DNA of 44,807 nucleotides, from the NCBI GenBank assembly GCA_041688385.1, contig JBDNIH010000017.1, forward strand, positions 1-44,807, read 5' to 3'. The stretch comes from Bacteroidia bacterium. GTDB lineage: Bacteria > Bacteroidota > Bacteroidia > UBA7662. Shown piece after piece: positions 9,734 through 20,948 of the stretch (its first letter is position 1; every line of letters starts with the position of its first letter). Made by a program: the position numbers and the translations under genes. The notes under the pieces were generated by a model that worked only from the letters and a program-made list of their open reading frames with translations, searched no databases and had not been told where the DNA came from.

Positions 9734-9769
9734 AAAAAAAGCTGTCTTCGGTGAGAAAGACAGCTTTTT
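9734..9769 (-). terminator. Intrinsic terminator (possibly bidirectional) ending the gyrA-TPR transcript
   Basis: Perfect 13-bp inverted repeat AAAAAGCTGTCTT / AAGACAGCTTTTT with an 8-nt loop; T7 tail on the minus strand; 15 bp after the TPR stop. Confidence 0.85.
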
Positions 9770-9784
9770 CTAAATTTTTAATGC

Positions 9785-10915
9785 TTACTTGAGCGCTTCG
9801 CGTTTCTTTTTCATTTCCACAGACTTTTCGGTCATATTCAATTGACCATACATCTGTTGTAATGAAATCATTGTATTGAGATCTTTGGGGTCTAAAACAT
9901 GTGCTTTTTCTAAATACGGCTGGGCCAATTTAAACTCGGCTACAGCTTTGGCTTTAGCGGCTTCAAATTTTTTCTGCTCGTTGAAAGGGATTTTATTGGC
10001 TTCATTCAACATCTCAGCAGCACGGTTAAAATACAATGCACCTAAGTTGTAAGAAGCATCAAAATAGTCTGGCTTAAGTTCTATGGCCTTAAGATAATTT
10101 GGCACTGCTTTATCGAGCTGTTTGGTTTGGTCGTAGGCTGTACCCAAAGCAAAAAAGAGGCTTTGATTTTTCGGATCTAGCTTGATTGCATCTTGAAGAT
10201 TTTTAATGGCTTCTACTTGACGATTTTGCAATAAATAAATATTGAGTTCGTCAATCACTAGGCCAATTTCATTTGGAAACTCCTTACGCCCCGCTGCCAA
10301 ATATTCTATGGCTTTTGCAGTGTCTTTTTCTGCTTTTGCCAATTGCGCTAAAGTTTGGTAGATGGCGGGTTTGCGGTAGTTATTTTCCAATAGCTGATTA
10401 AAGTACATCTTCGCTTTTTCGCTGTTTTTGATTTTTTCAGCAGCCAATGCGGCATTAAAAATGACCGAAGTGTCATTCGGAATTTCAGTTAGCAGCACCT
10501 CAAATGTAGTCAGGGCTTTATCGAACTTCTTTTGCATAAACTCCTCAACACCTCGGTTATATAAATTACCGGTTACCAAACGCAGTTTGGTTTTGTTGAT
10601 GTCATCGGAATAATCGTTTTTGGTATCGTAGGCCAAACAGTTTTTGTAACTCTCCAGTGCTACCTTCAAAGCGTCGTCGGTAAGATTTCCGTACTTTTCA
10701 TTGTTATGTAGCGATAAATAAATATCACCACGATAAAACCAAGCTTTGGCGTCTTTGCTTGTTTTGGGGTGGACTACAGCCTCATCAATCGCGGCTTTGG
10801 CTTTGTCGAGTTCGCCATATCGTTGTGAAATGATGGCGGTTTGTACTTTCTGACTTTGCGCATACAGTGCAACACCCGTAATAAGCATCAGGGCAGTTAA
10901 GAGATACTTTTTCAT
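9785..10915 (-). CDS. Secreted tetratricopeptide-repeat protein
   Basis: Sec signal (ALYA-Q), multiple TPR motifs (AWFYRG, FALGTAY, YLKAIELKPDYFDASYNLGALY); usual position downstream of gyrA in Bacteroidota. Confidence 0.9.
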   Translation of the reverse strand: MKKYLLTALMLITGVALYAQSQKVQTAIISQRYGELDKAKAAIDEAVVHPKTSKDAKAWFYRGDIYLSLHNNEKYGNLTDDALKVALESYKNCLAYDTKNDYSDDINKTKLRLVTGNLYNRGVEEFMQKKFDKALTTFEVLLTEIPNDTSVIFNAALAAEKIKNSEKAKMYFNQLLENNYRKPAIYQTLAQLAKAEKDTAKAIEYLAAGRKEFPNEIGLVIDELNIYLLQNRQVEAIKNLQDAIKLDPKNQSLFFALGTAYDQTKQLDKAVPNYLKAIELKPDYFDASYNLGALYFNRAAEMLNEANKIPFNEQKKFEAAKAKAVAEFKLAQPYLEKAHVLDPKDLNTMISLQQMYGQLNMTEKSVEMKKKREALK

Positions 10916-10945
10916 ACTCCTTTTTTGATTATACTTAAGATTGGT

Positions 10946-13501
10946 TTACGCTTCGGTTTCAGGGGTTGCTTCGCCACCTGTTTCGTCAGCTGAATTATTT
11001 ATATCAATGTCCGTGCCGTCATTTTCGATTCCATCTTCGGTGGCTGCATTTTCATCTTCCTCTTCCCTACCCACTTTGGCAATTGACGCGATGGTATCGC
11101 TTTCTTTAAGTTTGATCAAACGGACACCTTGGGTTGCACGACCCATTACCCTTAATTCGTCTACTGAAAGGCGAATGGTTACACCGGTTTTGTTGATGAT
11201 CATTAAGTCATCTTTGTCGGTTACGTCCATGATGCCTACCAATGAGCCTGTTTTTTCGGTGATGTTAAGCGTTTTCACGCCTTTACCTCCTCGATTGGTA
11301 ATACGGTATTCGTCAAGGTCTGAACGTTTGCCATAGCCCTTCTCGGAAACAACCAATATTGTGCTTTCTGCATCGTCGACGCACACCATGCCAATTACTT
11401 CGTCAACATCGTTGTCGAGGCTTATGCCGCGCACACCCGTTGCTGTACGGCCCATGCTGCGCACGGTTTTTTCATTAAAACGAATTGCGCGCCCACTCTT
11501 CACGGCCAGCAATACTTCTGTATTTCCGGTAGTGAGTCTAGCTTCGAGCAATTGATCCCCTTCATTAATACTGATGGCATTAATACCCGATTGCCTTGGA
11601 CGGCTGTAAGCCTTGAGGCTAGTTTTTTTGATAACCCCTTGTTTAGTACAAAAGATGATAAAGGTTTTGTTTAGGTATTCCTCATCGCTGAGCGTTTTTA
11701 CGTTAATATAGGCCCTGATTTTATCATCATTCGGGATGGCTAGCATATTCTGCACTGCCCTTCCCTTGGTGTTTTTACCACCTTCCGGTATTTCGTAAAC
11801 ACGCATCCAGAAACAACGTCCTTGCTCAGTAAAGAAGAGCATATAGTTATGGGTGGTTGCGGTAAATATGTGTTCGATGAAATCGGCATCGCGGGTAGCG
11901 CCACCCATCATACCTCGACCACCGCGATTTTGTACGCGATATTCGCTCAATGCAGTGCGTTTCATATAGCCGAGGTGCGAAATAGTAATGACTACTTCTT
12001 CGTCAGCAATCATGTCTTCCATTCGGAAATCACCAGCAGCATATTCAATTACCGACCGGCGATCATCGCCATAACGTTCACGGATTTCGGCCAACTCAGC
12101 TTTGATGATTTGCATGCGTGCACCTTCATCGGAGAGAATGGCTTCCAAACGCGAGATAAGGGCCATGATTTCTTCATACTCCTTCTTGATTTTATCCATT
12201 TCCATGCCGGTGAGGCGCTGTAAACGGAGTTCAAGTATAGCTTTTGCTTGGATATCGCTCAGACCAAAATTGGCAATGAGCCCATCTTTCGCATCATCTG
12301 GTGTCCGGGATTCGCGTATGAGCTTGATAACAGCATCTAGATTATCAAGTGCAATCAGATAACCTTGTAGGATGTGTGCCTTTTTCTGGGCTTCGCGGAG
12401 TTCATATTCGGTACGGCGGACAATGACTTCATGGCGGTGGTCCACAAAATGTACCATCAGATCCTTGACATTCAAGGCTACTGGGCGACCATGCACCAGG
12501 GCGATATTATTGACCGAAAAAGAACTTTGCAGGCTGGTGTAGCGGTAAAGGTGGTTCAAAACCACACTTGCCATTGCATCGCGTTTGATTTCGTAGACGA
12601 TACGCATACCATCGCGGTCCGATTCGTCTCGGAGATCGCTGATACCTTCGATTTTCTTTTCATTGATGAGGTCAGCCGTTTTCTGAAGCATATCGGCTTT
12701 GTTCACCATGAAGGGTATCTCTGTAATGATGATGCGTTCCCGGCCGTTATCGAGTACTTCAATATTGGCTTTGGCACGAATGACAACGCGTCCACGACCA
12801 GTCAACAAACCTTCTCTCACCCCATCGTAGCCGTAAATAATGCCTCCGGTAGGGAAATCGGGTGCTTTGACGTATTTAATCAGTTCTTCAGCTGTGATTT
12901 CACGATTGTCGATGTACGCAACGATGCCATCGACTACCTCCCGTAAATTGTGAGGTGCCATGTTAGTCGCCATACCCACAGCAATACCTGAAGCACCATT
13001 CACCAACAAATTGGGGAATTTGCCAGGTAATACCGTAGGTTCCTCTAGCGAATCGTCAAAGTTGAGTTGAAAGTTGACCGTTTCCTTTTCAATATCTGCC
13101 AACAATTCATCGGCAATACGGGTAAAACGAGCTTCAGTATAACGCATCGCGGCAGGACTGTCGCCATCTATAGAACCAAAGTTACCTTGTCCATCTACCA
13201 ACATGTAACGCATGCTCCATTCTTGGGCCATGCGCACCATAGCGTCGTAAACAGAGGAGTCGCCATGCGGGTGATATTTACCCAAAACTTCCCCGACGAT
13301 ACGTGCTGATTTTTTATATGGTTTGTTGTAGCCAACACCCAGATCGTGCATACCATACAGCACACGACGGTGTACTGGCTTTAATCCATCGCGAACATCC
13401 GGAAGTGCCCGGGAAACGATAACCGACATCGAATAATCGATGTAAGCTGACTTCATTTCATCCTCAATGTTGATAGGTATGATTTTTTCGCCTTCTGCCA
13501 T
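10946..13501 (-). CDS. gyrA: DNA gyrase subunit A
   Basis: [32 protein letters not shown] catalytic Tyr, GyrA-box QNRGGRG, acidic C-terminal tail. Confidence 0.99.
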   Translation of the reverse strand: MAEGEKIIPINIEDEMKSAYIDYSMSVIVSRALPDVRDGLKPVHRRVLYGMHDLGVGYNKPYKKSARIVGEVLGKYHPHGDSSVYDAMVRMAQEWSMRYMLVDGQGNFGSIDGDSPAAMRYTEARFTRIADELLADIEKETVNFQLNFDDSLEEPTVLPGKFPNLLVNGASGIAVGMATNMAPHNLREVVDGIVAYIDNREITAEELIKYVKAPDFPTGGIIYGYDGVREGLLTGRGRVVIRAKANIEVLDNGRERIIITEIPFMVNKADMLQKTADLINEKKIEGISDLRDESDRDGMRIVYEIKRDAMASVVLNHLYRYTSLQSSFSVNNIALVHGRPVALNVKDLMVHFVDHRHEVIVRRTEYELREAQKKAHILQGYLIALDNLDAVIKLIRESRTPDDAKDGLIANFGLSDIQAKAILELRLQRLTGMEMDKIKKEYEEIMALISRLEAILSDEGARMQIIKAELAEIRERYGDDRRSVIEYAAGDFRMEDMIADEEVVITISHLGYMKRTALSEYRVQNRGGRGMMGGATRDADFIEHIFTATTHNYMLFFTEQGRCFWMRVYEIPEGGKNTKGRAVQNMLAIPNDDKIRAYINVKTLSDEEYLNKTFIIFCTKQGVIKKTSLKAYSRPRQSGINAISINEGDQLLEARLTTGNTEVLLAVKSGRAIRFNEKTVRSMGRTATGVRGISLDNDVDEVIGMVCVDDAESTILVVSEKGYGKRSDLDEYRITNRGGKGVKTLNITEKTGSLVGIMDVTDKDDLMIINKTGVTIRLSVDELRVMGRATQGVRLIKLKESDTIASIAKVGREEEDENAATEDGIENDGTDIDINNSADETGGEATPETEA

Positions 13502-13775
13502 TCAATTTAGGGTTTTTGCTAATAAATATAATGGAACGAAAATAAGCAAAATAGGGCTAAAAAGGCGTTTTTTAGTTGTTCTGTACGCATTGTTTATTAG
13601 TGAATTTACCAGAATATGCCCAAACGGCTGAAAAACAAAGTTTTAGCACAAATAAAAACTATCAACATATACGCCCGATGTTTCCACAATTGTGCCTTCT
13701 GCGCTACCAGTTACTAATTTTACCGACGTTACACTATTCACTTCGTACCCATCGTTAAAGACCAATTACTTATTT

Positions 13776-14456
13776 ATGTCACTTCTCCTTCAAATTACCC
13801 AGCAAGCACTGCCGATTGACATGCCTACTGAAGAAAAGCTTAACCTCTTGAGTCTGATGACCAAAGGCGGTTACTTTATGATCCCGTTGGTGATTTTGTC
13901 CATTATTGCGGTCTATATTTTCATCGAACGCTACCAAAAAATACGTAAAGCACGCAAAGAAGATCCTGCCTTTATGAACCAATTGCGCGACCATGTGATG
14001 AGCGGCAATATTCATTCGGCCCAGGACCTCTGTAAAAACACCGACCATCCGCTAGCTCGTATGCTTTCCAAAGGCGTTTTACGTATTGGACGTCCGTTAA
14101 AAGACATTGAAGCTTCAGTCGAAAACGTGGGTAAAATCGAAATAGGAAAACTCGAAACTAATATGTCAGCTTTAGCTACAATAGCGGGTGCTGCACCAAT
14201 GATTGGTTTTTTAGGTACAGTAACAGGCATGATTAAAGCATTCTACAATATGTCGAAAGCGGGAAACAACATTGATCCTGCGCTTTTATCTGGTGGTATT
14301 TATGAAGCTATGGTTACTACGGCTGCCGGGTTGATTGTAGGCATTATGGCCTATGTGGGTTACAATATTTTGGTTGCGATGATTGAAAAAGTGATTTACA
14401 CACTCGAAACACGCTCGATTGAGTTTATCGATTTACTGCAGGAACCTTCTAAATAA
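13776..14456 (+). CDS. exbB: MotA/TolQ/ExbB proton channel protein
   Basis: APMIGFLGTVTGMI, GIYEAMVTTAAGLIVGI; ATG 13776 preferred over the upstream GTG in the track. Confidence 0.92.
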   Translation: MSLLLQITQQALPIDMPTEEKLNLLSLMTKGGYFMIPLVILSIIAVYIFIERYQKIRKARKEDPAFMNQLRDHVMSGNIHSAQDLCKNTDHPLARMLSKGVLRIGRPLKDIEASVENVGKIEIGKLETNMSALATIAGAAPMIGFLGTVTGMIKAFYNMSKAGNNIDPALLSGGIYEAMVTTAAGLIVGIMAYVGYNILVAMIEKVIYTLETRSIEFIDLLQEPSK

Positions 14457-14462
14457 GCAGCT

Positions 14463-14855
14463 ATGAGCCTCAAAAGCCGCAATAAAAGGAGCGTAGAATT
14501 CAGTATGTCGTCGATGACGGATATTGTGTTTTTGCTGCTCATCTTTTTTATGCTCACCTCCACACTTGTCTCCCCCAACGCACTGAAACTGCTTTTGCCA
14601 AAAAGTTCAGGTCAAACTTTGGCGAAACAAACGAGCTCAGTTAGTATAGATGAAAATTTACAATATTACTTTGACAATGAGCCTGTTGAGTTCGGTCAGC
14701 TCGAGTCATTAATAAGCAGCGCTATGTCGGGTGATCCCGAGGGTACCCTAGTGTTAAATACCGATAAAAGTGTACCCATAGACAATGTTGTTCAAGTAAT
14801 GGGCATTGCCAATAAGCTGAAAGTTAAAATGATATTAGCGACCAATCCGGAATAA
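14463..14855 (+). CDS. exbD: Biopolymer transporter ExbD/TolR
   Basis: SMTDIVFLLLIFFML TM with the essential Asp; DKSV...VVQVM. Confidence 0.92.
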   Translation: MSLKSRNKRSVEFSMSSMTDIVFLLLIFFMLTSTLVSPNALKLLLPKSSGQTLAKQTSSVSIDENLQYYFDNEPVEFGQLESLISSAMSGDPEGTLVLNTDKSVPIDNVVQVMGIANKLKVKMILATNPE

Positions 14856-14856
14856 G

Positions 14857-15669
14857 ATGGAAGCACAAAACGACAAACGAAACAGCCGCAACGCATTTAT
14901 CGGCACTGCCTTTTTTCATGCAGTGGTTTTGGTGCTGTTTATGATTTTTGGTTTTAGCACCCCCCTTCCCTTGCCAGTTGAGTCGGGTATAGCCATTAAT
15001 TTTGGTTTCGATGAAACGGGCACAGGTGATACCGAACCCACCGAAGTAGGGTCTGATGCCCAACAGCAAAGCTCCGCTTCTCCTTCGAGCAGTAGCAGCT
15101 CCGAAACTGCTGATTTAAACAGCCAGACCCAAGATGTGGAAGAAGCCGCCGCAATCAAGCCCGTAACACGACCAAAACCAACTACAGACCCCGTCAAACC
15201 CGTCGATAAACCTGCCGATAAGCCCGTAGAGGAGCCTAAACCTACCGTTAATCCCAAGGCACTTTACCCAGGCAAAGGTTCGGGTAGCTCAGGTGGTAGC
15301 CAAGGAACTGCCGGAGGAACAGGCAATCAAGGAAGTCCTGATGGAGATCCAAATAATCCTCGCCAAGGTGCAGGTGGACAGGGTGGAGAAATTGGCAGTC
15401 CCGATTACAATTTGGTAGGCCGTGCCTTTACCAAACGCCCCAGCCTCAGCGATAGAAGTCAGTTTGCCGGCAAAGTAATTGTTTTTATTTGGGTCGATCC
15501 AGATGGGAATGTGACCCGCGTAAAAGCTGGCGGCAAGGGCACTACGCTTATGAATGCCGATTTATGGGAAAAATGTGAAGAAGCGGCCATGAAAGCCCGC
15601 TTTTCGACTGCTGAAAATGCACCGGCCGAACAACAAGGCACCCTTACCTTCATCTTTAGCTTAAAATGA
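14857..15669 (+). CDS. TonB/TolA-like energy transducer
   Basis: TM with conserved His (FFHAVV), Pro/Lys-rich then Gly-rich linker, C-terminal GKVIVFIWVDPDGNV...GTLTFIF domain; follows exbBD. Confidence 0.85.
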   Translation: MEAQNDKRNSRNAFIGTAFFHAVVLVLFMIFGFSTPLPLPVESGIAINFGFDETGTGDTEPTEVGSDAQQQSSASPSSSSSSETADLNSQTQDVEEAAAIKPVTRPKPTTDPVKPVDKPADKPVEEPKPTVNPKALYPGKGSGSSGGSQGTAGGTGNQGSPDGDPNNPRQGAGGQGGEIGSPDYNLVGRAFTKRPSLSDRSQFAGKVIVFIWVDPDGNVTRVKAGGKGTTLMNADLWEKCEEAAMKARFSTAENAPAEQQGTLTFIFSLK

Positions 15670-16970
15670 CCAATCCCGCCTACCGGGAGACCCTTGATTT
15701 TTTATATGAACAGCTCCCCATGTTCCAACGCATGGGTGCCGCTGCATTTAAAAAAGACTTGACCAATACCCTCGCATTATGCAAACTTTTGGGTAATCCG
15801 CAGAAACAGTTTAAAAGTATTCATGTGGCCGGAACGAACGGGAAAGGTTCTGTTTCGCATATGTTGGCTGCTATTTTGCAAGAAGCGGGTTATAAAACTG
15901 GCTTGTACACTTCTCCTCATTTACAGGATTTTAGAGAAAGAATCCGCATTAACGGCGAAATGATTAGCGAAAGTGATGTGGTGGAGTTTACACAGCGAAC
16001 TAAAGCACAATTACTCAATATTCAGCCTTCGTTTTTCGAATGGACCGTTGCCATGGCTTTCGATTATTTTACTCGTAAAAAGGTGGATATTGCGATTATA
16101 GAAACCGGTTTGGGTGGTCGACTCGACTCCACCAATGTCATTACACCTATTTTATCGGTCATCACCAATATAGGTTGGGATCACATGGATTTGTTGGGCG
16201 ATACTTTGACCTTAATTGCCACCGAAAAGGCAGGCATAATCAAAGCAGATGTGCCCGTAATTGTGGGTCAGCGACAAGAAGAGTTGGCCCCTGTTTTTGA
16301 ACGCATTGCCAACGAAAAGCGGGCTTTGCTAAAGTTCGCCGATCAACGTTTTCAAGTTAGTCACAAAAAATATGCTGGAGTTGGTGCTGTTTATGAAGTT
16401 AAAGCTGCTCAAAAGGTACGATTTGCAGAGTTATTTGTCGATTTGGCGGGTAACTACCAGGCTTACAACATTGCTACTGTTTTGGCAGCGGTGGAAGTAC
16501 TACAACGCAATGGCTGGGACATTGAAGACGAAAACCTAATAGCCGCTTTTGGAAAAGTACGTTCATTGACAGGTTTTGCCGGTCGCTGGACCGTATTGGG
16601 GCAAAAACCCCTAATTATTGCCGATACAGCTCATAACAGCGATGGCCTGCAATTGGTAATGGAACAACTGGCTAATCTACCTCGCAAAGAAAGCCGCATT
16701 GTTCTTGGTGTGGTGAATGATAAAGATTTGTCTCAAATATTACCTATTTTTCCAAAATCGGCTATATATTACTTTTGTAAATCTAGTATACCAAGAGCTT
16801 TAAATGAAGTGATATTGGCTGAAAAAGCGGCTACTTTTGGCTTATTGGGGCGTTCGTTTATCGATGTAAAAACGGCACTTGCAACGGCTGTCGCCGAAAG
16901 TCATGCCGATGATCTTATTTATGTGGGTGGATCCACTTTCACTGTAGCCGAAATTATTACATGGCCCTAA
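15666..16970 (+). CDS. folC: Folylpolyglutamate synthase/dihydrofolate synthase
   Basis: HVAGTNGKGS, TSPHL, RERIRING, ETGLGGRLDSTN, EKAGIIK, GRW, DTAHN. Confidence 0.96.
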   Translation: MTNPAYRETLDFLYEQLPMFQRMGAAAFKKDLTNTLALCKLLGNPQKQFKSIHVAGTNGKGSVSHMLAAILQEAGYKTGLYTSPHLQDFRERIRINGEMISESDVVEFTQRTKAQLLNIQPSFFEWTVAMAFDYFTRKKVDIAIIETGLGGRLDSTNVITPILSVITNIGWDHMDLLGDTLTLIATEKAGIIKADVPVIVGQRQEELAPVFERIANEKRALLKFADQRFQVSHKKYAGVGAVYEVKAAQKVRFAELFVDLAGNYQAYNIATVLAAVEVLQRNGWDIEDENLIAAFGKVRSLTGFAGRWTVLGQKPLIIADTAHNSDGLQLVMEQLANLPRKESRIVLGVVNDKDLSQILPIFPKSAIYYFCKSSIPRALNEVILAEKAATFGLLGRSFIDVKTALATAVAESHADDLIYVGGSTFTVAEIITWP

Positions 16971-17422
16971 TTCATATTTACACCGATGGCGCAGCACGGG
17001 GCAATCCAGGTAAAGGAGGTTGCGGCGTTGTAATGCTCAGTGGAAGTCACCGCAAAGAGTTGGCGCTAGCTTTTCGCTTCACCACCAACAACCGCATGGA
17101 ATTGTTGGCGGTGATTGTTGCGCTCGAAAGTCTAAAATCCGGTGACCATCAAATCACCATTTACTCCGATTCGAAATACGTTGTTGATGCTTTCCTAAAA
17201 CGCTGGATAGACGGCTGGGTACGCAAGAACTGGGATAAAGTCAAAAACCCAGATTTGTGGCAACGGCTCCTCCCCTTGTATAAAAAATTAAAACCGCAGT
17301 TTGTTTGGGTAAAAGGCCATGCCTCCAACCCTATGAACAACCGCTGTGATGAACTTGCCACCGAAGCGGCTGACCAGGGGCCCTGGTTAATAGATACCGC
17401 CTACGAGGCCCTTAGCCGATGA
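16961..17422 (+). CDS. rnhA: Ribonuclease HI
   Basis: [40 protein letters not shown]. Confidence 0.97.
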   Translation: MALIHIYTDGAARGNPGKGGCGVVMLSGSHRKELALAFRFTTNNRMELLAVIVALESLKSGDHQITIYSDSKYVVDAFLKRWIDGWVRKNWDKVKNPDLWQRLLPLYKKLKPQFVWVKGHASNPMNNRCDELATEAADQGPWLIDTAYEALSR

Positions 17423-18452
17423 AGTATTCGGTGGATTTGACTGGACTGTAGGTTCGCATAAACTCCTCTACCTTTTCAACCATATTTTTAGACCCTAATA
17501 CTATCGGCGTACGCTGATGCAGAGATTTTGGTTGGATATCGAGTATACGATTAAATCCATCGGTGGCTTTACCCCCTGCCTGCTCTACTAAAAAGGAAAG
17601 TGGATTACATTCGTAACCCAAGCGTAATTTCCCGTCTGGTGAACTGGCTGTTGATGGATAGATAAATACGCCTCCTTTAATCAAGTTGCGGTGAAAATCT
17701 GCCACCATAGATCCAATGTAGCGAGAACTGTAAGGCCTATTGGTCTTTTTATCTTCGTCCTGGCAGTATTTGATATACTTTTTCACTCCCTCAGGAAAAT
17801 GTATGTAGTTGCCTTCGTTGATTGAGTAGATGTAGCCGTCTTCGGGCGTTTTCATATTCGGGTGCGACAAACAAAATTCGCCTATTGATGGGTCGAGCGT
17901 AAAGCCGTTCACGCCGTGGCCTGTGGTATAAACCAACATAGTCGACGAGCCGTAGACTACATATCCTGCTGCTACTTGTTCGCTTCCTGGCTGCAAACAA
18001 TCTTCTAAGCTACCTGAGCCATTGAATGAAATTCGGCGGTAGATGGAAAAAATAGTACCTATCGATACGTTAACATCGATGTTCGAAGAACCATCCAAAG
18101 GATCCATGAGGATGACATATTTTGCATCTCGTGAAATTTCACCTTCTATCGGGATAATGTCTTCGTTTTCTTCGGAGGCAATGACACAGCACTCACCTCC
18201 AGCTGTTAACGCGGAGATAAACTGCTCATTGGCAAAAATATCAAGCTTTTTAACGTCCTCGCCCTGAATATTGGTCTCGCCAGCATCACCTAATATGTTC
18301 ACCAAACCAGCTTTATTGACTTCTCGGTTTACAATTTTTGATGCAATACCAATGTCACGCAACAAACGTGAAAGTTGCCCTTTAGAGTAAGGGAATTCTT
18401 TCTGCCGTTCGATGATAAATTGGCCGAGGGTGGTGACTTTATGTAGAATCAT
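17412..18452 (-). CDS. fbp: Class 1 fructose-1,6-bisphosphatase
   Basis: [56 protein letters not shown]. Confidence 0.97.
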   Translation of the reverse strand: MILHKVTTLGQFIIERQKEFPYSKGQLSRLLRDIGIASKIVNREVNKAGLVNILGDAGETNIQGEDVKKLDIFANEQFISALTAGGECCVIASEENEDIIPIEGEISRDAKYVILMDPLDGSSNIDVNVSIGTIFSIYRRISFNGSGSLEDCLQPGSEQVAAGYVVYGSSTMLVYTTGHGVNGFTLDPSIGEFCLSHPNMKTPEDGYIYSINEGNYIHFPEGVKKYIKYCQDEDKKTNRPYSSRYIGSMVADFHRNLIKGGVFIYPSTASSPDGKLRLGYECNPLSFLVEQAGGKATDGFNRILDIQPKSLHQRTPIVLGSKNMVEKVEEFMRTYSPVKSTEYFIG

Positions 18453-18584
18453 CCTATTGAGGGTTTAGCTTACTGCGAAAATACGGATTCCGAACCGCAG
18501 CATCAATTCAAAATAAAGATAAAAGGGTGATTTATCAGCATTCAAAAAAAAATTCCGCTGGGGTCGGAAGTAAGCTTGTACGCT

Positions 18585-18592
18585 TAACTTTG
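18585..18592 (+). promoter_or_regulatory. -7 element (TAACTTTG) for the class IV aminotransferase
   Basis: Exact TAnnTTTG match only 7 bp upstream of ATG 18600. Confidence 0.6.
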
Positions 18593-18599
18593 TCCAAGT

Positions 18600-19469
18600 A
18601 TGTCCTACGTCTTTCATAATGCTATATTAATGCCACGTGAGCAGCTGCGACTCGATGCTCAAAATCGATCGTTTAGCTACGGGGATGGCGTTTTTGAAAG
18701 CATTCGTGTGATGTATGGTCAGTTGTTGTTTCTTAGAAGACACCTCGACAGACTTTCCTACAGCCTGAGACGACTTGGAATACAGTTTCTGGTAGATGAA
18801 CAACAGCTCATGCAGATGGCACAACAGTTGCTCGAAGTACACGACATTACCGGTGGAGCACGCCTGCGATTGACCGTGTGGCGAGATGCCTCTGGGCGAT
18901 TTACACCCGATGAAGACCGATCAAGTTTTTTGTTGGAGGTAGAAAAGCTCACAAGCAATGAATTTTTTATCAATTCAAACGGCCTCCGAATTGGTGAAGC
19001 GAGTTTGCGAAAAACACCGCTGTTTTTACCTGATATCAAATCCACTAACAGCCTATTTTATGTATTGTGTGGACGTGAGGCCAGAATTAAGCATCTTGAC
19101 GACGTTTTGATATTCAATACCGCTGGAATGCCCATTGAGAGCACGAGTAGCAATATTTTTGCACTTAAAGGCAGTCGCTTGCTCACACCAGCCCTATCCA
19201 CGGGCTGTTTGCCTGGCATTATGCGGCAGGTGATACTGGACGTATTACAAACGAACAATCAGCTGGTTGAAGAAGTCGATTTACAGTTAGAAGATGTGCT
19301 TCAAGCCGACGAATTATTTCTTACAAATTCGATTCTTGGTGTACGATGGGTAAGCAGTTTTAATAAAAAACGTTACTTTAGAAGGCAAAGTCTGGTATTG
19401 ACAGAACTTTTAAACCAGTTTTGCCTTGATTCATTGACCAATGCAAGTGGAGATTCGATTAAAAAATAA
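18600..19469 (+). CDS. PLP-dependent aminotransferase class IV (4-amino-4-deoxychorismate lyase-like)
   Basis: NRSFSYGDGVFESIR, HLDRL, IKS (PLP Lys), ESTSSNIF, GCLPGIMR, ADELFLTNS. Confidence 0.88.
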   Translation: MSYVFHNAILMPREQLRLDAQNRSFSYGDGVFESIRVMYGQLLFLRRHLDRLSYSLRRLGIQFLVDEQQLMQMAQQLLEVHDITGGARLRLTVWRDASGRFTPDEDRSSFLLEVEKLTSNEFFINSNGLRIGEASLRKTPLFLPDIKSTNSLFYVLCGREARIKHLDDVLIFNTAGMPIESTSSNIFALKGSRLLTPALSTGCLPGIMRQVILDVLQTNNQLVEEVDLQLEDVLQADELFLTNSILGVRWVSSFNKKRYFRRQSLVLTELLNQFCLDSLTNASGDSIKK

Positions 19470-19497
19470 AAGTCGGACTACAGCCCAAAACTAAACC

Positions 19498-19989
19498 ATG
19501 AAAAACCTTTTTTCGCCAGTACTCCTAGTCGCTGTTTTAATTCTGCTAGCCTTTAAACCCGGAAAAGATACAGTGCATGGCAACAAGCCGTTGCAGTACA
19601 TTCCTTACGACTCCCTTATTACTATCAAAATCACCTCGATAGACAAAAAGAAGGATTTGTTTTACAATCATATCCGTTTTTGGCACGGCGACAAAGGTAA
19701 TTCCGCCACCCTTTTGATGAAAAAGAATAGTGCACAGCAATTTAAAAAAGGCCAGAAAATTAAGTTGAAGCTTTGTAAAGTAGAACAGTTTACCCGAGTT
19801 GCAGCACGTGTAGATACCACCATTCTGTCTCAGACCGACCAGCAGGTGACCATGACGCTCACCACTCGATACGACACTACGACCTACAAACCCGGCAAGG
19901 GAATGGGTTTAAAACTCGATAATAAGTTGGCTGTTGATATGGAAAGTAAAATGAAAGAGCGCCTTTTCGAGCAGTGCACTCCGGAGTAA
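19498..19989 (+). CDS. Hypothetical exported protein
   Basis: 163-aa ORF filling the intergenic gap; N-terminal hydrophobic signal; Lys-rich, beta-strand-like pattern; two Cys. Confidence 0.65.
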   Translation: MKNLFSPVLLVAVLILLAFKPGKDTVHGNKPLQYIPYDSLITIKITSIDKKKDLFYNHIRFWHGDKGNSATLLMKKNSAQQFKKGQKIKLKLCKVEQFTRVAARVDTTILSQTDQQVTMTLTTRYDTTTYKPGKGMGLKLDNKLAVDMESKMKERLFEQCTPE

Positions 19990-19997
19990 ATCTCAAC

Positions 19998-20948
19998 CTA
20001 TTTTAGAAGAATGGTTGTCGCTTCCAGGCGGAAGCCATTGAGAAAATCAGCAACCCACATGCGTTTTTTACCTTCCAATTGTAATTCTTCCGGGAAATAA
20101 TAGCCATCCGCTGTGGCAATCTGCATTTGGTTGTCGTTGATGCTAAGTTGACCGGGGCTTTCAAAGTGGCGGCGCATTACATAGCGGCCTCGGTAAATTT
20201 TTAGAACAGCAGTGTCAAACATCGTAAATGCCGCTGGGTATGGCGACATCCCACGAATAAGATTATGAATGGTTTCACCTGAGCTGTTCCACGGAATACG
20301 ACAATGTTCTCGATAAATTTTAGGAGCAGCTTTTAATTCATTGCGGTTTGCTAGTTGGGGTAAATACACGGCTTTACCTTCGAGAACATCTCTAACGGTT
20401 TTGACAATTAAGCCTGCTCCTACAGCCATTAAACTATCGTGAAGCGCGCCAGCAGTGGTATTTTCACCTATAGCCACCTTTTCGCGATATACCACATCGC
20501 CAGTATCGATTTCGTGTTTTAGTTTGAAGGTAGTTACCCCGGTTTCATATTCTCCTTGTACGATGGCCCAATTTATGGGTGCCGCGCCGCGGTACTGTGG
20601 CAAAAGCGATGCGTGCATGTTAAAGGTGCCCAAGGGCGGCATATTCCAGACCAGTTCTGGTAACATTCGAAAGGCCACTACAACTTGTAAGTCGGCCTTA
20701 AATTCAGCCAGCGTTTTTAAAAATTCAGGGGCTTTTAATCGCTCTGGTTGCAGCACAGGTATACTTTGACTTTCGGCATACATTTTTACCGGTGACGACT
20801 GTATTTTCAATCCCCTTCCAGCTGGTTTATCTGGCATCGTTACAACCGCTACCAAATTAAGTCCGGCTTCCACTAAGGCCTGCAAAGAAGCCACTGCGAA
20901 GTCAGGCGTTCCTAAAAATATTATTCGTTTTTCTGAAGTATTACTCAT
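19998..20948 (-). CDS. fmt: Methionyl-tRNA formyltransferase
   Basis: IFLGTPDFAV, PDKPAGRG, HASLLPQYRGAAPINWAI, ETGVTTF, IDTGD, RGMSPYPAA. Confidence 0.97.
   Translation of the reverse strand: MSNTSEKRIIFLGTPDFAVASLQALVEAGLNLVAVVTMPDKPAGRGLKIQSSPVKMYAESQSIPVLQPERLKAPEFLKTLAEFKADLQVVVAFRMLPELVWNMPPLGTFNMHASLLPQYRGAAPINWAIVQGEYETGVTTFKLKHEIDTGDVVYREKVAIGENTTAGALHDSLMAVGAGLIVKTVRDVLEGKAVYLPQLANRNELKAAPKIYREHCRIPWNSSGETIHNLIRGMSPYPAAFTMFDTAVLKIYRGRYVMRRHFESPGQLSINDNQMQIATADGYYFPEELQLEGKKRMWVADFLNGFRLEATTILLK

Noticed and set aside
13230-13290. gyrA quinolone-resistance region
   Set aside because: HGDSSVYD retains the Ser83 and Asp87 equivalents; no resistance allele
10941-13309. Several + strand ORFs (up to 190 aa) opposite gyrA
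   Set aside because: Antisense shadows of a conserved gene with no recognisable motifs; the same applies to shadow ORFs over smc, nusB, phoX and the M1 peptidase
13502-13775. 274-bp gyrA/exbB gap with a TTTCCACA DnaA-like box, a CACAATTGTG palindrome and a TGTTTATTAGTGAATTTA motif
   Set aside because: Only isolated imperfect matches; not enough to call an origin, Fur box, Xer-type site or sRNA
15180-15400. Short repeats (CCCGTC(A/G)A..., Gly-rich codons) in the tonB-like gene
   Set aside because: Explained by the Pro/Lys and Gly low-complexity protein linker
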